NCBI GenBank assembly: GCA_051362555.1 | Contig: CM120640.1 | Span: 15,810,001 to 15,874,000 of the forward strand | Length of the DNA stretch: 64,000 bases | Reading direction: 5' to 3' | Source of the DNA: Lingula anatina | Lineage: Eukaryota; Animalia; Brachiopoda | Shown: positions 26,001-36,500 of the stretch, piece by piece | How the letters are laid out: each line of letters begins with the position of its first letter | Position numbering within the stretch: position 1 is the first letter of the stretch | The notes under the pieces: model-generated | Seen by the model: the letters and a program-made list of their open reading frames with translations, nothing else | Database searches by the model: none | Told to the model about the DNA's origin: nothing | Position numbers and translations under genes: made by a program

Positions 26001-26385
26001 ATTAACTTGTTCAAATAGTGCAATTTAGTTTCGTAAAATAAAAGGAAGATTTTTTTTATTCAGGTAAAATTTCAATGTGAATGTTCCTGACAGAAAACAA
26101 ATCCGACAAATAAACAGAATAACCAGATTAACCCCATTAGCATATCAAATTTCCCGATCTCTAACCTGTTAATTTGTTTACAAATAATCTTTATAAATTG
26201 CACACATGTGAAATTAATATAATGTCACTTGTTGTTACATGTAACAGCATACCTGCTTTAGTGGCTGGCAGTACATTGATGTAGGAGGACTTCAAGGCGT
26301 TAGCTGGACACGATGCTATAGCATTATAGCTGGATGCAGTATCCATCAGCCCCGTTAACAACGACATCAGCAGTAGCAGTGCCAT
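4022..26385 (-). CDS. Secreted mosaic PAN/CTHRC1-like/pentraxin/FN2 protein, paralog A (29 exons, ~1458 aa; one non-canonical donor)
   Basis: Hand-built exons: 26253-26385 (signal peptide MALLLLMSLLTGLMDTASS), 25276-25502, 23912-24020, 22854-22957, 22307-22404, 21509-21609, 20699-20854, 19725-20026, 19288-19432, 18959-19153, 18653-18721, 18333-18437, 18074-18167, 17446-17537, 17021-17254, 16217-16384, 15594-15761, 14215-14511, 10316-10480, 8892-9002, 8192-8332, 7383-7619, 6995-7095, 6588-6679, 6067-6170, 5610-5780, 5211-5311, 4664-4853, 4022-4188 (TAG). Phases are compatible throughout and exons match paralog B one for one. Introns are GT-AG except the donor after 8192, which reads GA. Confidence 0.85.
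5563..5611. repeat. 16-bp unit x3 spanning a splice donor
   Basis: (AATCATCATGACTTAC)x3; on the minus strand GTAAGTCATGATGATT x3. Confidence 0.9.
6330..6550. repeat. Degenerate CA-rich (ACACA/ACAAC) low-complexity tract
   Basis: Repeated cacaa/caaca/cagca pentamers; produces spurious Cys/Val-rich ORFs. Confidence 0.6.
7383..10480 (-). CDS. Paralog A: pentraxin domain 2 (4 exons)
   Basis: EFTLCYW, ISYAN, WHHICLTWKSANGEW, MGQGQDCVGGCF...YVGYLTGVNVWD. Confidence 0.85.
7765..7826 (-). pseudogene. Stranded 5' half of pentraxin-2 exon 22 with its own AG acceptor
   Basis: ttttag|GAGGTGGAACCTGGGTCATAGGTCAAGAGCAGGATTGTTTGGGTGGATGTTTT encodes (G)GGTWVIGQEQDCLGGCF, then intron sequence and TGA. Confidence 0.8.
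8424..8471 (-). pseudogene. Stranded 5' half of pentraxin-2 exon 21 with its own AG acceptor
   Basis: tatag|GTGTCAGTACTATGACCAGTGATAACAACTGGCACCATATCTGTCTGG encodes (C)VSTMTSDNNWHHICL, then runs into intron sequence and a stop. Confidence 0.8.
9585..9660. repeat. (GT)n microsatellite
   Basis: Direct inspection. Confidence 0.9.
10083..10258. mobile_element. Small MITE, CAGG...CCTG family
   Basis: TIR CAGGCCTG(C/T)AGCCAG; flanks CAACT/CAACA; same family as 33783-33947 in opposite orientation. Confidence 0.75.
11007..11050. repeat. (ATA)n microsatellite at the HINE insertion site
   Basis: Direct inspection. Confidence 0.9.
11049..12786 (+). mobile_element. Apparently full-length HINE-like element in intron 18 of paralog A
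   Basis: Begins AACTAGAG with subterminal palindrome GAGGCGATACCGCCTC; ~4 units of the 145-bp repeat (11260-11800); degenerate CGGA/GCCG tract at ~12700-12740; terminal hairpin CCAGCG-CTAA-CGCTGG followed by an A-rich end; no clear TSD. Confidence 0.7.
13127..14102. mobile_element. PIF/Harbinger-type MITE (~976 bp)
   Basis: ~34-bp TIRs GGCCACACTTTTTTA(T/A)TTTTATGGATGACATCCT at both ends; 3-bp TAA TSD at 13124-13126 and 14103-14105. Confidence 0.85.
14215..18721 (-). CDS. Paralog A: FN2-FN2-PAN-FN2-PAN-PAN block (8 exons)
   Basis: FN2: GGNSGGAACYWPY...PWCGTTADYDTDGLWGYC; GGNANGLPCQFPF...PWCYT; GGNSEGMACVLPF...PWCATTTNYDLDGRWGNC. PAN: DCGGNDI...C...C...C.S..Y....CWLK..SC, three times. Confidence 0.88.
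18959..20026 (-). CDS. Paralog A: pentraxin domain 1 (3 exons)
   Basis: LTEVTVCYW, FSYA, WHQVCGMWRSSDG (HxCxxW signature), ILGQDQDSIGGGF...SFTGYMTRINIWD. Confidence 0.9.
20699..22957 (-). CDS. Paralog A: CTHRC1 C-terminal-like domain 1 (4 exons)
   Basis: TFPKKHNFTALRVQWIGNLR...CVRWYFKFNNMECGNPDTIE...HRPAN LDGMCEGIPAGDV...GW...QEV parallels the CTHRC1 motif string ALRV.FSG.LR...RWYFTFNG.EC..P.PIE...HR...VEG.CEGI.AG.V...GW...EEL. Confidence 0.8.
23912..25502 (-). CDS. Paralog A: N-terminal PAN/apple exon and small Cys-rich (EGF-like) exon
   Basis: HCSLKCLQSVGCESAVFNKTTGDCHL (PAN Cys spacing); NCQPGRCSNGKCRVSCEVNEVYCM. Homologous to B exons 49761-49987 and 43548-43653. Confidence 0.75.
24236..24416. 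mobile_element. Foldback/MITE-like inverted repeat
   Basis: TGTCAATAGCTATAGAAAATTCACTGATATTT ... AAATATCGGTGAATTTTCTATAGCAATTGACA (32-bp arms, 2 mismatches). Confidence 0.6.
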
Positions 26386-26505
26386 CTTTGTCTCCAACAA
26401 TTACATGCATTAATTTTTCAATCGAGCTTCAGTGACAATCTGACAGCAGTTGTTACAGTTCAAAGGCAAAACTCTCAAGTCGGATAAATCATGAACGCAA
26501 CGGTT

Positions 26506-26514
26506 GTGTTTATA
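26506..26514 (-). promoter_or_regulatory. Candidate TATA box of paralog A
   Basis: Minus-strand CTATAAAC about 125 bp upstream of the ATG at 26385; motif only, in AT-rich sequence. Confidence 0.25.
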
Positions 26515-27725
26515 GAACTACAGTAGTTCAAAGACAGAATCAGGATGTATTCAAATATCGCAAAGGCAGAATCAATATTATTTCCAGGTAGTTGGTAAAA
26601 TGTATATAGTGTCATCACATAACTGTGTTAAAACATTACTAGGTAAAAATGACGATTTGATTTTATAATTTACAAACTGATTGCAGAAATTGATATTGAT
26701 TATATAAACAGTGTTAAGATACTGTGACCAAATTTGTCAATTAACAGAGCAAAAGGTTGAAATATAACAAGGAATGTAAAACATGATCCAGGCTAATGTC
26801 AAAGCTTGGAAAATATAATTTTGATCTCAATGTTAATACAGTTTAATGGACAAGGGATTGTGTCAATTAAGAGCAATTTTCATTATTGATTTGCATTTAA
26901 GAATAAACAGAATTTTTTCCATTAATATATATGGGAAGTTAAATGTAATGTCAACTGCATTTGAAGAAATTTGTGTATATACTTTTATCAATCAAAGTAA
27001 AAGTGACACAAAAAGTTTTGTTCAAACAGCAGAGTCTTCAAATATAAACAATAAAATCCATTACAAGCAAAACCAAATATATGCATTTATCTGGATATTT
27101 TTCCCCAACTCCAAAATTAAAATCTCCTGTCATATATTTTAGCTTTAAAACAATAGAGTGCGACAGATGTATGTAATGCTTATTAATGCTTGTTAAAACA
27201 ACTAACTTAACTGTAACCTGACCGTAAATAAAGAAACAACTAACAGTAAAAATTCTGACAATGATTTTTGAAAGTGAAAAATAATAACATTAAAAAGTTG
27301 TAACAGCACTTCTAATTTTAGTGGAGCACAGACAGCAATCTGCTTGTCATGTCCAATGTGCCACAAGTGTCTTTCCTAAAAACGTAATTATGAATAAATG
27401 GTCACTGCCAAACTGAATTACTTCAACATCATCTGCGTACAGGTATAACATGGCCAATCCAAAAAAAAATATCTGTAGTTGAAATATTTGAAAACGCTCT
27501 CAGAAGGCTATGAGTTAGCTTTCTTTAGAAAGTTACCAGTACCTGGTCAGAAAGTTTCTCCCTAACTATTTTGAGTAGATTTATGAAACTAGGCTTGGAC
27601 TGATGAAATATACATAATTCAAAATTGGTTCTATCACATGTTTATCAATACAGCCTAGACATTTCACTTTCTGTCGGTTGTTTAAATCCTTGCTTGAAAT
27701 GTTTTTCTTACAATATTGGAAATCG

Positions 27726-30532
27726 TCATTCTGACAGGTGGAGCTCCTCCACGATCAAACGTGTGTTGCTACGGGAACCAGATGTAATATCTGGGCCTCC
27801 AGAAAAACCAACATCTGCACATGAGTTGGTTGCATACAAGTCGATAACAATGTCACCTGACTGTAAACCCTTACAGATGCCTTCAACTGAAATGGAAATG
27901 CATCAAATTTGAAATAATTCATATAATTATGTTAATAAATATTGGACACAATTTTGCAACAATACTTCACTGTATCAAACTTTTTAAAATGTACCCGTTT
28001 AGTGCACTGCACCAGGAATTTCCTATTTATTTCACTTACTTGGAAAAGTTCTGAGATCACTCATCAAGGGGTTTGTATATGTTCTCACAAAAATACTAGC
28101 TGGGTTGGTACACTCTTGACCATTAAACTTGAAATAGAACTTGGCACAAAGACCTCCAGGTGTGTCAAAGTCACCTATCAGCTTGACATGAAGGGTACTC
28201 AGCGAGGACTTTTTCTTATAAGTTGCGCTCTATAATAAAATGTTATCATGTTTATTTTCAAATACATTTTGCCCATAAAACAATCAATTATCAAAACATT
28301 ACCATGTCAAATAAGACTAGACTGAGAATCATTTACCTCAAACTTATAACAAGGCTTTAACAAGCTGTGGCGATCATTTCACAAGTAAAACCCCTTGCAT
28401 CCTTTCAGTTACAAAAGCATTTTTGTATTCAGATAACAAAGTAAAATCAATTTCGTCTCTATGGAGAAGCACTTAAAAGATAAAGATTCCTGCATGTTCA
28501 GTAAATTTTGCACATGTACCTTTAAGAGTCCATTATCAGTTGTATCAGCTTGTATGTCCCAGTAAAACTGCTGGATATTAAATACAGGCACTTGGTACAT
28601 GACACCATCTGAGCCTTCGACTTAAAAATAAATATGTAACATTATAAGACAGAAAATGTATAGGCAGAAACTTACTTGGAATATGAAAAAGGGAAATAAA
28701 ATCCACACATATTTTTCACATACATCCTCAATATGACTTAGTTTTACTTTTTTGACAGTGGGAATTAAAAATATTCAGCAAACATTTAGACTTACAAGCA
28801 TCAATATCATGTCCCATACGTATTTCTTCCACCATAAACCTGGAAACCGCCAACCATCCTGTGTTTGCCTCTCCAGTTTCCACCTCATTCACACTGCTGC
28901 GACTTTCACCAATCAACAGACGGATGCGGACTTTGCCTGCTGGGATTCCTTCACAAATACCTTCCACTGAAAAAAAATGAAAAAAAGGGCTAATGAACTG
29001 CACAATTCTAAGGGAATATAGAAAAGCTACGTAACTTTCCTACTTATTCCAATAAAATTTAAGCCCCCATTGCTCGTTCGGGTAAAACAGTTTTTCTATA
29101 ATTCCAACAATTAGTTCATTTCTTTGTAACTGCTCAAAAAATTACGATCTATGCATCCATTTTGTAGTTTTTGTTCTTATACTGTTAAGAGTAAAATTAC
29201 CCATTCCCCAATCTACAGCTCACAATAAAAAATTTGAACCTAGAACTTCTGTAAAATTAAGTGTTTAAAAACCCTGTTTATGATCTTACCAAGTCCTGTT
29301 CTAGTGTTGCCTTCTACCCCAGATCCAGAAAACTTGCCCACAACCCCCTCTATTGGAGTCTTGAAACACTCCTTGGTAGAAAATGTCACATACCTGGCAA
29401 ATACAAGCCAAACCAAATTGTCAATACAATAGAAATTAAGCTTAATCCCAGTAGTTAAAATTTATATCATTTCAATTTTGTATATTTTACCTTTTTCAAT
29501 GGAGGTGGTCACACAAGCAGTTTTCATCCATGTTGGTTTGTTTTAATATTTTCTTTAATGATGTTGATGGAATTTTAGGATACATGCAGTATTTCAAGTT
29601 TGAAAAAGTGATAATAATTTCAACTGAATCCAGATCACGTACATGATATCTATACCTAAGACATCCATAACCTTTTTGCTTTGGATATATGTCCCATTGT
29701 AGTACTGTAAAGTTACTTTGTATCTACTTTATCCAGCTTAAACTAATGGTGTCAAACTATAAAATGCATCATTTCTCCTTGGATTTATAAGAAAGAGGAC
29801 ATACCATCTTTTACTAGTATCTCCCTTCAACCACATTGTACCTTCCCACTTCACTCGTACTGCCGTGTCTTCCTCACGTTTAACGTAGTCAATAAACTAA
29901 AGAAATAATGACAAACCATTAGAAATATTGCCAAACATAAGGTAAGGAATGATGGATTGTGCACTCAAAATATTGTACTGGTTTTGCAACTGTTACTGAA
30001 GAAATTACTCTCACAATCACGTGAACTGTTGGATAACATAGTACTTTGTCTGTGTATAAAAGCTGTTAATTCTTACACCCCATTCTCATAGATTAGATCG
30101 ACCTACATTGGATCGACCTAACTCCCTGGGGGTTCACGCTAAATAGCTGTCAGCCGGGCGGACACGAAAGTTAAATACCCCTTAAAGCTTGTAGTAGGCG
30201 GGGACGGACACTTAAGGGGGATTATCTGACAGTAATCTAGTGAGACTCCCCGCGGTGATAGATCGATCTAAAAGTTGTGAGAACAGAGCCTTACAGGGCT
30301 GGAAAAGTTGTTTGGTAATATCTCATTTTACTCATAATACGGTTTCTTTTCTATTTTTTAGGGAGGGGTGGGGGTGGAGGGGGGAGAGGGTACATGTATG
30401 ATGAAAACTTCATTATCATAACTACCATCAGTTCCACATCTCCTGTATTGTCTCCTTTGTTCAGGTTGTGCACTGTGTGCTGCTGGACATTAATCACTGA
30501 ATGTGCCCCACACGGACTGGGGAGAGCCAACT
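27726..30532 (-). CDS. Paralog B: CTHRC1-like domains 2 and 3
   Basis: Exon-for-exon homology with A 4022-7095; ends TRLIVEELHLSE*. Confidence 0.8.
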
Positions 30533-33500
30533 CTGAAAAAAAAACAGTATTATCTTTAAATTACAAAATTTGAGAAAAAAAAACTCTGTATGTATCAAAA
30601 ACATGTCTAGATCTCTACCAAGACAAAACAGAAAATTGCCACCATTTCTGTAAAAGGATTTTGACATATTATGGTACCATGCATTATTTCTTTAAATGCA
30701 AATTTGCATTTCAACATTTTTAGAATATATTAGTAACAAATTAATGCATGAAATGGTTAACAAATAAATAAAATGTTTAGTCCAGTAAAAGAAAACTTAA
30801 TTTGCCACTCATACTGGTACTAATATTTAATTACCTCCACAAATATCTTCCTTGTGGGACAGGATATTATGTTGCACTGCTGTGTCCAGAATTTCTTGCC
30901 ATGATAGGACATTCCCCTTCAGTTCAGACTGACATGTCTGTCCCATGGCAGTAATATCTAGTACTTTATCCCATACATTGACTCCAGTCAGATACCCAAC
31001 ATATGCTTGTGATGTAGAAAAACATCCACCCACACAATCCTGATCTTGACCTAAGATCCAGGTTCCACCTCCTAATACACAGAGTTACATGTAGTTAGTT
31101 TGGAAAAAATACTGGACGCAAAAGTTTTCAATACCAAACTTAACGCAGGGAGTCTCAGTAAAACTGCCCAGCACACAGACCAAAAACAACTTCAAAATGT
31201 GGATGCTCAAGTACCACGGTTATCCCAAGGAAAGAAGGTTTGAATATATATGTAATCAACAAGACTAGTAAAATCAGACTAAAAATTATATATTTTATAA
31301 CTATTTTTCAATCTCCATTTCAACCATCCACCAAATCCTTCAGAATGACAACATAAAGGTACCCTGGTAAATACAATGCACGTGGAAATATGGTTTGCCC
31401 AGTGAAACTGCAGACACACTTGCTGGGCTACAGCTAGACTGAATTACATTTTACTCATATACCTACAGCCTTTCTCTATTTTGGTTATCAACAACACACT
31501 TACAAGGGTAGGGAATACCTTTTGCGTTCCACGTGATTGGCCTTTTTTTTCGAGTGTGATGCATTATTCGAGCCCAATATTCTGCGTGAAACGTGATTCA
31601 GGAATTTTGGTGATTGGTGATTGACCTGAATATATCTTCATTATTGGTGATAGAGCTGTTTTAACTCTTGGTGACTGGCGATAAAGGGGCGGGGGGGAGG
31701 TATTCTCTACCCTCACTTACGCAATAATAATCACCATCCCACACATCATCTATTCACCAACCCATTGTGTTAGAGAAGACCAGAGAGATTTCATCATAAT
31801 TATTAATTGGATAAATTAGTTTAGAAGAGTTCCCTGAAAACCAATCACAACATTATTGACAGTGTATGAAGAGAAATGGTTATGACAGCATAAAAGGCTT
31901 GGTGAGAGATACTATGGATTTTTGTTTTTTTATACCTGCAATTGTTGTTCCAGAAGCCAGGCCCGTGGAAGTTTTAAGCAGCAGTCCATCAGAGTAGAGA
32001 GCCCATTCACCATTTGCACTCTTCCAGGTCAGACAGATATGGTGCCAGTTGTTATCATTGGTCATAGTATCAATATCTATAATGTGAAAAGAATTAACAT
32101 AAAAATAACATAAAAATGGTAACATAATCTATAATTTAACTAGTTATAATAATGATAAAAAAGTTTTTCCAGTATGCTTGTTATATGTGCTGTAATAGTA
32201 ATTAAGTACCATGAATAAAAACTGCACATATGCATCTAATGCTACTGGAATGGAGTAAAAGGGGATTAATTTTTGCTGACAAGACAAGTTTTTTAAAACT
32301 TGATTTGATGTGCTTCAACATCATGCATTAACTGACAGCCTGTCACGCCATTTATTATTTATTCTAGTTTAACACTTAGGGTGCCTAGTTTACAGCCACA
32401 ATTAAGTGGTCTGGGGGCAATATTTTAAAAAAATGTATTTTGATCACAAATTAAGATTTATTCTCGATTTGAAAATTACAAAATATTTTTGGTACTGTCA
32501 ATCTTGATTGGTATCTGCATCTGTTTTCTAAGCAGAAAAATAAAATGTATCAGAAGATAACTTACAATATACACTAGCTTAAATTAATACCTACCAGTAT
32601 AAGGGCTATTTATGTGGAGTCTAATCCCTGCTGAAGCTGCCCTGTACATTATTAAAATGCCATTGTCTGTTTGGGAGTTGGCATATGAGACAGTTGACAA
32701 CCAGGCTGAAAAAATGTGAAATTCTTTTTTCAAAATTCAGTATATGATCTTTTTCAACAAATCATGTAAATGATCACCACCATGTAACAGAAGGATCCCC
32801 ATATATAGGACAATTTCATACTTTCATGTTGATGGATTTTAGTCTTAGAAACTGGCCGTCAGAGCCCCTAGGATCCAATTTGGCATTATTTATTTTTTGA
32901 ACAATAATAATAATAATAATAATTATAATAATGCTTATATGCAATTTATATAGTTTGATTGTACAGTAGTATGGACTGTTAAATTCACTAAATTAAACAG
33001 GGTTATAAAAAATCTTTACTAAAAGTGTTAAGATGAAATAAAACATTTGGTACTAAAGGAGGATATTTAAAAATAGAGTCATTTAGACACACCAAAAGTT
33101 AGTTTTTTAAAGTATTCAGTCTCCATTGTATGGATGCCTTTCAAGATGTAATAGTTCTTAATTTTGGTCTTATATATTTATGAGCTCGACATCCCTGTGT
33201 ATGACATTTTCTTATTTGCCTCAGGCAGCAGATGGTGTATTATGTGACCTATGGACATAATGAGGAGTAATGATTTGATAGCTAATCCCTCATGCTAATC
33301 CCTTAATTACGAAATGCAACAATCGGTATGTGATGGTGCCTGTCAAATTGGATCCTTATGCAGCAAATTATAACTTATAAACTACAAGCTTACTTTGAAT
33401 ATATATATTATTATAGCTATAACTTAACATCATGGCAGTGAGAGTTAATGCTTATATGTTATCAATACTAGAAGATTCTGTGCCACCTACTTGAACTGTC

Positions 33501-36500
33501 GTAGTAATCACTCCTTCCCCAGTAACATGCAGTGAATTCAGTCAAGTCTGGAGTTGCATGGTTGGACAAAATGGCATACTTGCTTGTGCTCAAACTACGC
33601 CATTGCCAGACTGTCCGTGGTGGAATGCTCTCATAGCGATGGAAATCTTTCCCTGAAATAGAGAGTATTCTTAAAAACTGACACTGAACAAAATGTAACA
33701 GTCTGCTAGTCAGATTGGCGATGAAATTTATGACAGTCCATATCAAGGATAAGGAAAATATGAAGTTCTGTCAGACAATATTCAGGCCCGTAGCCAGGGA
33801 GGTTCGGGGGGTTCCAAAAACCCCCCTTTTTGCTGGAGAAAGGTCCACTCTAAGTAAAATTTGACCTAGGTACATGGGGATTATATGGTAAAAGGTCCAC
33901 CTTTTCAGAAAAAGAACCCCCCTTTGAAATTGCTGGCTACGGGCCTGATATTTGTGGCTTCTGAGAATTCTAGTGTTTGTTAAAGAGTATGCTAGTCCCC
34001 CTTGTTTTCAATGTAAATACTAGTATATCCTTATGTCTTCATGCTCCCTCCTTCTCACTAGAATTTTAACATGTGGAGAAGAGAATCTTTGGATATTTAG
34101 GAAAATAGGATAAAAATTCTTGCACAATCCAGCAAACCACAGCACCAAAGTACATGTACATCTGTCATGGAACAGTCAACCTCAGTTTCAGAGGGTACCA
34201 GAAACTTGCCTCTCAACTACATGTTATCTGCATGTCTCATACCTAGAAGACAGCTTGAAGTGAGTTTTCAATGTCCTCTATAAACCTAGGGTGAGAAATA
34301 TATTGACCTAACCTGAAAAATACACTGTGTAACCTACCAATATAAATTTCAATCACACCATATGATTCAAAACCATGCACATTTTTTACCTGGATATATT
34401 TTGGTGTCCACATAGCAGTTAGTGCCGCAGCTGGTATCTATGATGGCACACTGAATGTTCTTTGGATAGCACATGGAGTTGGATTTGTCGTAGTAGAAGG
34501 ACTTGCAATCTTTCATCGCATTACAGGTCCAAATGCATTCCTCATAGGTAGATGATACAGCTGCATTTGAAATGTCTCCCCCTGCACAGGAGCCATATCT
34601 TCGCAGATAATACTTTCCTGTTCTAACTAGCTCTGAGTGCTTCACATATGTCCAGCCACTTCCAGATGGACAGGAAAATTTTTTCCCTATAGTATAATAT
34701 AAATGTCTAACTTTCACTTTTGCATTGTATTTAGATAGTTCATTGCTTGAAAAAAATTTATGATATATGCCTAGATATTTTAAAGCTAAATTTATTCTTA
34801 TGTTAAAAACACATTAATTAAAAAAAATACTGTGATATCTATACATATCTATACATATCTGACAAGTGTAAGGGACAATTTACAGACACTATAGTACTAA
34901 CTGTGGATCTATCTATCTCTGAGGGGATTCTCGCTAAAGCGCAATCAACTCAAACAGCTTACATGTCTGTCATGCCTACTGAAGCTAATAATTAAATGAC
35001 AATGAATTACCCCCTAGCAGCTTCATTAGGCCTGAATGGTAAAGAGATAAATTGTTCCGGTTGTTCAGAAAAAGACTACCTTGATGAAATTGCTGACTAG
35101 CGCCCTGAGGAATGCAATGTACTTACTCCAACAGTTGTTTGAGTAAGCTTGATACATAGCAAGCCTGCATTCTCCTGTGAGTCGGCATTGACTTTCACAC
35201 TCGTCCACTCCAGAAACCAAACGATAATGTACAGTGCCAATATCATTACCACTACAGTCAGCCTCTTTCCACTCTCCATAGGAGGATGTCAGCACTGAGT
35301 AGAAAATGGAAACTATCTAAACTGAACATGTTTGATTTGTATAGACATTATAAATATTTTGTCACATGAGAGGTCTGTAAGAGACAGAAATATTATTAGT
35401 CCAATATTCAACATTTGGTTTTAATGTTGACTTCAAGCCTTTCGCGATATAGGCAAAAATTCTAAATTATATAAAATAAAACTATAATTTGTATTTTATA
35501 GTTTATTTTTATAGTACTTACAGACACACTCAACAGAAAGCATGTCTAGTTTATTTGAAATCAATCACACTACTTTCAAATAATAAAACAAAAGTGCATG
35601 CTCAAAATCGTTTCATGGGCCTGCTGCATAGATAATGTTTCACCTTGCAGTTTCATAAAAAAAACTTGCACTGGATGCTTGCAAATCATTGTTAACATCA
35701 TTATTTTGAACAGTCTGACTTGTATTTCCTCACCTAGGCAATTTCCCCATCTTCCATCTAAATCATAATTGGTTGTGGTGGCACACCATGGCTGGTTATG
35801 GTTCACAGTGATACAAGAATGGTACACAGTGTCCTGATAGACGAATGGCAGGACACATGCCATCCCCTCAGAATTCCCACCAAATGTCTTCCTGATTGGA
35901 TCTGAAATAGAAAAATACTCTTGTAAGCCAAAGGAGAAGGGGCATAGGGGAAAGCATAAGAAGCAATCCTTATGTTTTGACAGCACACTCTTCTCTTTGG
36001 ATAAAATTTTGAATCCATCAAGTGTTAAATTCAGAAGGAAAACATGTTGGAGTGTTAGCATGAAGGATCTATATTCATACCCAATGCATCCAACAACTTT
36101 TTGCCTTGGGGTCTTTGAATACAAGCCCCACCTTCAAAATGGGTTCAAAATGCTAAATGGGTTTCTGCCATAAAGATAGCAAACTTTGTCTCTCTCATTT
36201 GACATGCAAATATTTGACATTATAATATGTTCATAATATTAATAACAATTATATTAACATAATAATGCTATATAAAAAAATAAACACTTTAATGTCTTTA
36301 AGAAGTTACCTCTGATAAACTTTTCCAGCATCCAGCGGTCACTACTGGAGGATGGGCTGACGCAAGACTTGTATTTAAGCCAACAATAATGGTCACTCGG
36401 TCTGTATGCTATGGCCAAACAGTCTGGACGAAGGCTACAGGCATCCAGACACTCTTGGTAATTGTTCAAGGAAAAAGAGATGATATCATTGCCCCCACAG

